Source: Candidatus Staskawiczbacteria bacterium
Lineage (GTDB): Bacteria; Patescibacteriota; Minisyncoccia; Minisyncoccales; Staskawiczbacteraceae
NCBI GenBank assembly: GCA_026395175.1
Contig: JAPLZF010000009.1
Span: forward strand, 82,083 to 146,082
DNA: 64,000 nucleotides
Direction: 5' to 3'
The position numbers and the translations under genes were made by a program. Position 1 is the first letter of the stretch. Each line of letters opens with the position of its first letter. The notes below the pieces were generated by a model that was not told the DNA's origin, searched no databases, and was given only the letters and a program-made list of their open reading frames with translations. Shown here in pieces: positions 57,913 to 64,000 of this stretch.

Positions 57913-58412
57913 ACCTAGTGTTCTTCGCGCTTCGCCACAGAAGAGGAAGTAGTACAATACACTACACACGACAAACAACACGATCAACCTGGCGAAAGGA
58001 GGGCCAATAAGCAAGACCCACGAACACTCTTCTGATGAAGAGGCCGAAGACACGATGAGGTGTAGTATAGCCACCATTGTTGTGGCACGCGACGAAGTCG
58101 GAAGACGACAAGGCAAGGAGAACTTCCATGATGCACCGGACAATGATGAAGCGAATCGTCGGCCTGACGATCGCAACGGCCGAAGTAGTGCGCGGTGTCG
58201 AGAGCAACATCGGCGTAACGGCCGGCTAGGTCCAAGTTGCTGTGACCTTGATGGTTGTGTGGCTGGGCTGCCCGCGGGCGAAATTGCTTGCTTCGGCGAG
58301 CGATATCCGGTGGGCAGCCCGCTCACAACAACAGTTCTTTGACATCAACCAGTCCTATCGCATGATAGGACATAACCCAGGAGCAACAACACACACGTTG
58401 CTCAATTTTTTT
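57913..58412 (+). ncRNA. Candidate structured ncRNA or small-ORF transcript (about 500 nt, GC-rich), delimited by a promoter and a rho-independent terminator; no convincing ORF
   Basis: All three minus frames are open (GC artefact). The plus ORFs are low-complexity. Strong internal hairpin gggctgcccgc...gggcagccc. Terminator gagcaac-loop-gttgctc then ttttttt. Confidence 0.4.
58381..58412 (+). terminator. Intrinsic terminator (gagcaacaacacacacgttgctcaattttttt)
   Basis: 7-bp stem plus T7. Confidence 0.65.
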
Positions 58413-58457
58413 ACAAAAAAACAAGCCTTTTAATAAGACTTGCTTTAAAATTTAAAT

Positions 58458-59429
58458 TTATTTGACTCGCGAGAATCTGGTAAAGCCGGAGCACGGGACA
58501 ATTTCAATTCCCTGTTTTTCCAATTCATCCATAAACAAATTAACTCCCAAAGAATCAGAAGAAATATGTCCGGCAATTACAATGTTAACATGGGCAGACT
58601 CTGCCTCTTTTTTGTGCTCTTCAGAAATATGCATTGCAATTGATGTGCCAATTCCAGCTTGCGCCATTTTTTCATACATTTTTGGCGAGCCCTCTGTGCC
58701 TCCTGTAATCTCAGACATGGCAATTTTTCCGCATCTGTTTTCTGAGCTTCCCACAAATATCTTAGGGCCCACTCCAATTTTCATCGCCTCCTTATATTCC
58801 GGTATTTCTTTTAAAATGTTTATTATTTCTCCAACTGTTTGTGGTTTTTTTGCTTCAAGCAAATCTTTCAAAAATTTTGCAGCTAAGTTGTCGCAAGGAG
58901 TGTGAGAATTCATTAAATTAACTTTCATAAGCCTGGCCGAGTCAACTGTTCTTTGATGGTTTGAGGCATTAAGGCCCCTGGCAACTTCAGAAATTCTTTC
59001 TTTCATCAAGCCCTCGGCAACATTAATTGGCACGCCATAATAGTTGTAAACATCTGCCTGCAATTCCATAACATCGGCCAGTTGGGCCAATCCTTTTCCA
59101 ATTGGATGATGGGCAATAACTAAATCTATCCCTCCTCCGTCGGGACCTGCGGTATCACTCAATTCTTTTGCCATCAAAATTTCTGCAGGAGCGATGTCAA
59201 TTCCAACCAAAACTTTCTTGATTTCTTTGTCATCGGCAATATTATAAATGCCAGAATCCAAGTAAGGGTTTTCCAAGGCGTCCTTATCAAACTCTTCTTT
59301 GTCTTTTTCCGACAATCTATCAAATGCGCGCCTTTTATTATCCAATAATTTCTGCACGCCCTCTTTGCCCCTAAAATCGGACTCAACCCCCATTTTAAGC
59401 GCTAAATTAAAAATATCTTGTATCTTCAT
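58458..59429 (-). CDS. Nif3-family dinuclear metal centre protein
   Basis: IDLVIAHHP and C-terminal IAGHISSD motifs. Confidence 0.65.
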   Translation of the reverse strand: MKIQDIFNLALKMGVESDFRGKEGVQKLLDNKRRAFDRLSEKDKEEFDKDALENPYLDSGIYNIADDKEIKKVLVGIDIAPAEILMAKELSDTAGPDGGGIDLVIAHHPIGKGLAQLADVMELQADVYNYYGVPINVAEGLMKERISEVARGLNASNHQRTVDSARLMKVNLMNSHTPCDNLAAKFLKDLLEAKKPQTVGEIINILKEIPEYKEAMKIGVGPKIFVGSSENRCGKIAMSEITGGTEGSPKMYEKMAQAGIGTSIAMHISEEHKKEAESAHVNIVIAGHISSDSLGVNLFMDELEKQGIEIVPCSGFTRFSRVK

Positions 59430-59682
59430 ATTATTTTACAGGGTTAAGTTTGTTATACATTTCTTTAATCAATTCTTCCTGTTTTTTTATATCCCAAAAC
59501 TGGCGCCTTATTTGCGCTTTTTGGTTGCGGATAAATTTTTTCTCAGATTTTGAATATTTCATAATATATTACCTTAACACAAAATTAAAATTTTTGCAAT
59601 AATAAAAAAGCCCAATGCAAATACGATGAAATGCAAAGGGCAAAAATTCTGGGGAAAAATAGATTGAGGCGATGACCGCAAC

Positions 59683-60204
59683 TCAGTAAAAGTACAGCGT
59701 CACAGAATCTATCTCAATTCCGTAACCATCCCCTCCACTGATGACCAAATAGAGGATACGGTCATCACCACCGCTCTCGACATTGGCCGGGCCGATTTTG
59801 AGGCTTTCAGAAAAAACATTCCAGCCGTTGCCCCCGCTACCGGTACTGCCGGCTGTGAACGAGCCGATAAACTCGGCCCCGACGGCGAGCGTCACCCGTT
59901 CGGATATAGGACTGCCATTATCGTTCGAATACCTGACGCTAACCCACAACTTGGTGGCGCCCGGCGGGACGGAGAAATTCTTATCAATTGACTCGCCGGC
60001 ACGCAGGTGAACCGTCCAATCGTTCTGGGCGTTGCCCCGTTGCTGTTTATAACCGTCTCCTTCAAACTTCTCCGCCGGGATTTGTACCTGTTTGAGCAAG
60101 GGACCGCTTAATAACGGCTGAAGCAGAGAACAGCCCGTCATTACCGGCGCTGTTAACAGCAGCGCCATTGCCAACACCATAAACCACCACTTCGATTTCT
60201 TCAT
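59683..60204 (-). CDS. Lipoprotein, member 3 of the GC-rich paralogous family (C-terminal LYLVISGGDGYGIEIDSVTLY)
   Basis: Signal peptide with a lipobox (VMTGC); RBS AGGAGGG; the conserved leader lies upstream; GGDG C-terminal motif shared with gene 417-1055. Confidence 0.6.
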   Translation of the reverse strand: MKKSKWWFMVLAMALLLTAPVMTGCSLLQPLLSGPLLKQVQIPAEKFEGDGYKQQRGNAQNDWTVHLRAGESIDKNFSVPPGATKLWVSVRYSNDNGSPISERVTLAVGAEFIGSFTAGSTGSGGNGWNVFSESLKIGPANVESGGDDRILYLVISGGDGYGIEIDSVTLYFY

Positions 60205-60345
60205 GACCTTTACCCTCCTGTGTTGCTTAAGCTGCTGCTATAGCAGTCATAGCCAGAAAACACCGACTAATAATATCAGTATCTTTTGGCTACAACTGCT
60301 AATTTCGCAAGTAATTTTTAAGTGTAAATGTGCTGATTTATCAAG
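60205..60345 (-). promoter_or_regulatory. Conserved leader L2 with hairpin (60242-60300); its upstream end overlaps the 3' end of the Mur ligase gene
   Basis: About 90% identity to 1110-1185 over roughly 75 nt; a C-to-T change keeps pairing as G-U. Confidence 0.55.
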
Positions 60346-61588
60346 TTTTCGAATTCAATGCGTCTCTGGCAATTTGGCGGTCATCCCATGGAATTTTTTT
60401 CCCGTTTGCTAAACACATTAAAGGCTCTGAACCTTTTCCGGTTATAATAACCACGTCACTCGGCTTTGCTATTTTTATTGCTTTTCCTATTGCTTCTTTT
60501 CTGTCTAAAATCTTTTCAGCCTTATCTCCTGCAGTTTCTGCAACTTGGTTTATAATTTCCATTGGGTCTTCATCGTAAGGGTCTTCGTTGGTGATTATAA
60601 TTTTATTGCAATATTTTTTTGCAATTTCTCCCAAAACAGGCCTTCTCCATTTGTCTCTGCCTCCTCCTGTTCCACCTAAAACGCAAATTAAATTTTTGCC
60701 TTCAAACGTTTTATACACTTTTTCTAAAGCATCTGGAGTAAATGCGAAATCAACAAAAACTTTAAATGGTTCAGAAACAACTTCTTCCATCCTGCCTGGG
60801 ATCCCTTTTGTCTTTCCCAGGGCTTTTCTGCAGACTTCTAAACTAATACCATAATTTTTCGCAACATTTATTGCGGCCAGAGCATTATAAATATTAAATG
60901 ATCCTAAAATATTAATATTAAATTTTTGTCCCTCCAGCTCAAAACTTGTGCCATTATTAAAACTTATATTTTTTGCATCCTGAACGCTAAAACTTATTAT
61001 TTTACGTGCTTTAATATCTAAAAAGTATCTTGAATTTTCATCATCTCTATTTATAACGTGGATGTTTCTTCCTGCCCGGAATAACTTTAATTTTTCGTTT
61101 CTGTAATTTTCAAAACCTCCGTGGCTTTCAATATGCTCTGGAGTTAAATTTATAAAAACAACTGCATCAAAATTTATAAACTTGTGCCTGAATTGCCTTA
61201 TTCCTTCTGAAGTAACTTCCAAAACAACATAATTGCACCCGGCCTTTTTTGCTTGGCTCAAAAGCTTTTGTATTACAAATCTTCCGGGCATTGTCATTTT
61301 GTATTTATTTTCCCATTCTTTGTCTGCAACTTTAAATCTGATAGAAGACACAGATGCAACTTTGTTTTCAGACCTGCCTTGAGGCATCTCGAAGGGTTCT
61401 TCTAAAATTCTTGTTATAAAATCCGTGGTTGTAGATTTTCCGCTGGTGCCGGTGACTCCAATAATTTTCATATTTTTAGAGTATCCTGGAAACCCAAAAA
61501 TTACAGCTCCCAAAAGCGCCCAACAAAAATGATAGAATCTCAATAAAAACTTCGGTATAATTTTTTTAACAAATTCTTTAAATGTCAT
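60341..61588 (-). CDS. Mur ligase family protein (MurE/MurT-like) with an N-terminal hydrophobic segment
   Basis: GVTGTSGKSTT P-loop, Mur ligase middle and C-terminal domains; contains a family C insert (EEPFEMPQGRS). Confidence 0.65.
   Translation of the reverse strand: MTFKEFVKKIIPKFLLRFYHFCWALLGAVIFGFPGYSKNMKIIGVTGTSGKSTTTDFITRILEEPFEMPQGRSENKVASVSSIRFKVADKEWENKYKMTMPGRFVIQKLLSQAKKAGCNYVVLEVTSEGIRQFRHKFINFDAVVFINLTPEHIESHGGFENYRNEKLKLFRAGRNIHVINRDDENSRYFLDIKARKIISFSVQDAKNISFNNGTSFELEGQKFNINILGSFNIYNALAAINVAKNYGISLEVCRKALGKTKGIPGRMEEVVSEPFKVFVDFAFTPDALEKVYKTFEGKNLICVLGGTGGGRDKWRRPVLGEIAKKYCNKIIITNEDPYDEDPMEIINQVAETAGDKAEKILDRKEAIGKAIKIAKPSDVVIITGKGSEPLMCLANGKKIPWDDRQIARDALNSKT
61377..61396 (+). 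repeat. Repeat family C copy in the Mur ligase gene
   Basis: ccttgaggcatctcgaaggg. Confidence 0.55.
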
Positions 61589-61758
61589 TTTTTCCAGTCT
61601 TTAATAATCAGGTGTCTTCCTTTCAGCTCAACAGAAACTTTCTGATGCTCTTTCCAACCTAGTTTTTCCATAATTTCAATAGGCAAAGTTAAACCCATAC
61701 TAAATCCTGCTCCCATATTAGTAAGTTTTCTTATATTTTTTTCTTTCAAAACTCTCAT
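61585..61758 (-). CDS. AbrB/MazE/SpoVT-type swapped-hairpin small protein (57 aa), stop overlapping the Mur ligase ATG (ATGA)
   Basis: MRVLKEKNIRKLTNMGAGFSMGLTLPIEIMEKLGWKEHQKVSVELKGRHLIIKDWKK; below the 60-aa ORF-track cutoff. Confidence 0.5.
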   Translation of the reverse strand: MRVLKEKNIRKLTNMGAGFSMGLTLPIEIMEKLGWKEHQKVSVELKGRHLIIKDWKK

Positions 61759-61767
61759 ATTATTTTC

Positions 61768-61799
61768 CTACTTACATATTTCAGTAGTGATGTAAGTAG
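61768..61799. promoter_or_regulatory. Perfect 10-bp inverted repeat CTACTTACAT-N12-ATGTAAGTAG immediately upstream of the AbrB-like gene (candidate operator)
   Basis: The exact reverse-complement arms are visible in the sequence. Confidence 0.5.
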
Positions 61800-61809
61800 C
61801 ATTTTTTAT

Positions 61810-61953
61810 TTACTCAATCACTTCTTCAATTTTAGTAGCATAAACAAGTTTATCTTTTATCCATTCAATGAAATTGCTTAATGCCTGCTCCTTATCATCG
61901 GATTCAACCTCCATCTGCTCGTTTATTTTACATTTAATATTATATTTTTTCAT
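61810..61953 (-). CDS. Hypothetical 47-aa ORF upstream of the operator
   Basis: ORF only (MKKYNIKCKINEQMEVESDDKEQALSNFIEWIKDKLVYATKIEEVIE). Confidence 0.25.
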   Translation of the reverse strand: MKKYNIKCKINEQMEVESDDKEQALSNFIEWIKDKLVYATKIEEVIE

Positions 61954-61998
61954 ATTTTTTACTTTGAAATTACAAAAATTATTTTATAAAACAAATAA

Positions 61999-62826
61999 CT
62001 AAAAATTTAATAACTTAATTTGCTGTTCCTCTAATCTTTTTCTATTTTTTACAAACTCTAATTTAAATTCTGTTTTAATTTCTCCATTATTTTCCAATCT
62101 ATCTAAAATCATTTTGTAATACTTCTGATGTATTTCGCAAGAAATAAAATTTCTTTTCAAATCCTTGCATTTTATAATCTCCGAACCGCTTCCACCAAAC
62201 AATACAAAAACATTGTCCCCCTCTTTTGTGCTTGCTTTTATTAGCATTTCAACTAATCCTAAAGGTATTTGACAGGAATGGAAAGTTTTATCTTTGGAAA
62301 CATTTTTAACTAAATCAAAATAAAACCAAGAATATGGCATTCTGCCCAAACTACCATTTTCGATTCTATTTTGAATCCTTCTGTCGTTTGGATTTTGGTA
62401 GGGCAATGCAATTTGATCCTTGTAAAAATTATTATTCTTTGTTTTAGTAGCATGTAAAATAATCCTATGAGCAGTGGTAAATTTTTTATCGCTATGACCA
62501 ATATTCGAATTATAGACCCAAACATAATCATTTACTGAAAAAGCATTGTCATCTAAAAATTTCACTCTTAAATAAGCGTTTTGTTTTGGATAATTCATCA
62601 TAAATAAATTCCCAGTTGGTTTTAATACCCTTATACATTCTTGTGTAAGTTTAATATACCAATCAATATACTTATTCCATTCAGCGGTAAATTTTTTGCC
62701 GGCATAATTTATGCCAACATTATAATCCGGGTCTCCATAAACCATATCAATAGAATTATCTGGCATTCTCTTCAAAACTTCTAAAATGTCCTCATTAAAA
62801 ATTTTATTTGTAAAACTATCTGTCAT
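61999..62826 (-). CDS. DNA methyltransferase, beta-class N6A/N4C (motif IV DPDY, then motif I FGGSGS)
   Basis: GDPDYN ... VLFGGSGSE in beta-class order. Confidence 0.75.
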   Translation of the reverse strand: MTDSFTNKIFNEDILEVLKRMPDNSIDMVYGDPDYNVGINYAGKKFTAEWNKYIDWYIKLTQECIRVLKPTGNLFMMNYPKQNAYLRVKFLDDNAFSVNDYVWVYNSNIGHSDKKFTTAHRIILHATKTKNNNFYKDQIALPYQNPNDRRIQNRIENGSLGRMPYSWFYFDLVKNVSKDKTFHSCQIPLGLVEMLIKASTKEGDNVFVLFGGSGSEIIKCKDLKRNFISCEIHQKYYKMILDRLENNGEIKTEFKLEFVKNRKRLEEQQIKLLNF

Positions 62827-63662
62827 TTTTTGTTTTGATTTATTAAGTTATACCTAACTGACTTTAAAAATTTAATTGAAGTTATATCTTTCGGATTAGC
62901 AAAAGTGTAAGCGTATAAATTAAGCGCATCAAATTCTTTTTGCTTTTCTCTAACCACATAAATACAAATAATTTCTTTTATTTTTGATTTTAATTCTGGT
63001 TTTTGCTTCGCTTGCCAATAATAAAGAAAGGGATGATAAATTTGGTATATCGAAAAATTAGTTGGCTTACCATTTTTTGCCTCAAAAATTCCTATTTTAC
63101 CGTTAAATTCAATGGTTAAATCAATCTCAATTTGGACCTTATTCAATTTTACCCCTATATTATTCCCAAAATTATATTCTAAATTAGCTTTTGTTCTGTG
63201 AGGAAAATATGTTTTGGGTCTGCTGTCAATGTCTGAATTATCAAACTCTTTATCCTGACCAAATAAAAAATGATGCAAAATTCTTTGGTTGTTCGCAACC
63301 GACAAAATATTTGATTCGCTAGTATTATATTGATTCAAAACTGACTTTCTATATTGCCAATCAATTACCTTTTCTATCGGCTCAAAATTATGATAAATCT
63401 TTTCTATATTTTTAATAAACTGATGTTTCCCGCTTCCTAAATGAATAAGGGCAAAATCTTCTTTTTGCAAAGCAACGGGCAATTTTTCTTTAGTATCCAA
63501 TTTCGTAGCATCAAAATGATTTTGGAAGCCAACTCTTTTAGAAACAGCTTTAACTAAATCGTTATTAAAAACAAAATTGTTTTTATCTTTGCAAATTTTA
63601 AAAATTACCGACAAAACTTTTTTCTTTCTATTCTCTCTTTTTAAAATCTTTTTAGCTTTCAC
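62823..63662 (-). CDS. Candidate Type II restriction endonuclease paired with the MTase
   Basis: 4-nt overlap with the MTase gene and a typical REase-MTase arrangement; no motif recognised. Confidence 0.45.
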   Translation of the reverse strand: MKAKKILKRENRKKKVLSVIFKICKDKNNFVFNNDLVKAVSKRVGFQNHFDATKLDTKEKLPVALQKEDFALIHLGSGKHQFIKNIEKIYHNFEPIEKVIDWQYRKSVLNQYNTSESNILSVANNQRILHHFLFGQDKEFDNSDIDSRPKTYFPHRTKANLEYNFGNNIGVKLNKVQIEIDLTIEFNGKIGIFEAKNGKPTNFSIYQIYHPFLYYWQAKQKPELKSKIKEIICIYVVREKQKEFDALNLYAYTFANPKDITSIKFLKSVRYNLINQNKK

Positions 63663-63682
63663 AATTTTTATTTTTAATAATA

Positions 63683-64000
63683 TTATTTGCCTAAATGTTT
63701 TAGAGCAATTTTTATACGTTCTTCCGGGTTTTTTATAGAATCTGAAACTTTGCTCAAGGCGTCTCTTGCCTGTTGTTTTGAAAAGCCAAGTTGAGTCAAA
63801 GCATCTTCGGCTTCGTCTTTAGAACCTTTTTTATTTCCCAGCATTTTTATTTTTCCTGTAAGTTCTAAAATTATTGTCATAGCTTTTTTTGAACCAATAC
63901 CAGGAATGCCCTCAAATATTTTCTCGTCTTGTTTTAAAATTCTGTCTTTTATTTTTTCCAAAGAACCCAAAGCCGAAATATCTAAGGCCGACTTTGGCCC
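63683..64000 (-). CDS. ruvA: Holliday junction helicase subunit RuvA, C-terminal part (gene continues beyond the window end)
   Basis: HhH motif IFEGIPGIGSKKA and the C-terminal domain III; the frame stays open to position 64000. Confidence 0.7.
   Translation of the reverse strand, partial: GPKSALDISALGSLEKIKDRILKQDEKIFEGIPGIGSKKAMTIILELTGKIKMLGNKKGSKDEAEDALTQLGFSKQQARDALSKVSDSIKNPEERIKIALKHLGK

Noticed and set aside
57853-58326. Three overlapping minus-strand ORFs (157/83/82 aa), plus the + strand ORFs 58055-58342 (95 aa) and 58242-58433 (63 aa), in the GC-rich orphan region
   Set aside because: All three minus frames are open, which is a stop-codon-poor GC artefact. The R/S/P-rich products are not protein-like. 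The 58242-58433 ORF reads through the terminator hairpin.
57913-58412. RNase P RNA or tmRNA identity for the orphan GC-rich transcript
   Set aside because: tmRNA is clearly at 51474-51827. I could not find the RNase P CR-I (GGAAAGTCCGG) or CR-V (ACAGAACCCGGCTTA) motifs on either strand. Left as an unclassified candidate ncRNA.

Overview
This is a 64 kb window of an AT-rich, gene-dense bacterial chromosome, with most genes on the minus strand. The content looks like a reduced-genome anaerobe, plausibly CPR/Patescibacteria (inference).

Housekeeping genes recognised from motifs: class III anaerobic ribonucleotide reductase and its activase (nrdD/nrdG), ftsZ/ftsA, ybeY, rpsU, hisS, lepB, pth, N-terminally truncated mfd, topA, rel, glyA, tsaC, iorAB, leuS, tatD, metG, glyQS, recO, ileS, argS, pyrH, the smpB-tmRNA-infC-rpmI-rplT cluster, a NUDIX hydrolase, PolX, greA, an EndoQ-like PHP protein, nif3, a Mur ligase and partial ruvA. 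There is one tRNA-Leu(CAA) and one tmRNA.

Accessory content:
- A paralogous family of visibly GC-rich genes: three full members (417-1055, 18282-18944, 59683-60204, all minus) and two 3' fragments. Each member is driven by a shared AT-rich promoter-leader cassette; two of the three promoters are a perfect TTGACA-17-TATAAT. The conserved roughly 130 nt 5' leader contains a long hairpin whose sequence differs between copies while pairing is maintained.
- Other self-contained GC-rich modules: a DUF2829/Tad2-like small gene, a 91-aa gene, an orphan GC-rich + strand transcript with its own promoter and terminator and no convincing ORF, a GC-rich interval between lepB and pth, and a dapB-like gene.
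- A seven-gene defence island at 8.1-13.1 kb: Type II R-M, RadC, and a MerR-HTH::GHKL kinase with a STAS-like (DUF4325-type) partner. A second R-M system lies at 62-63.7 kb, next to an AbrB-like small gene.
- Three families of short dispersed repeats inserted in frame into essential genes, analogous to Rickettsia palindromic elements.
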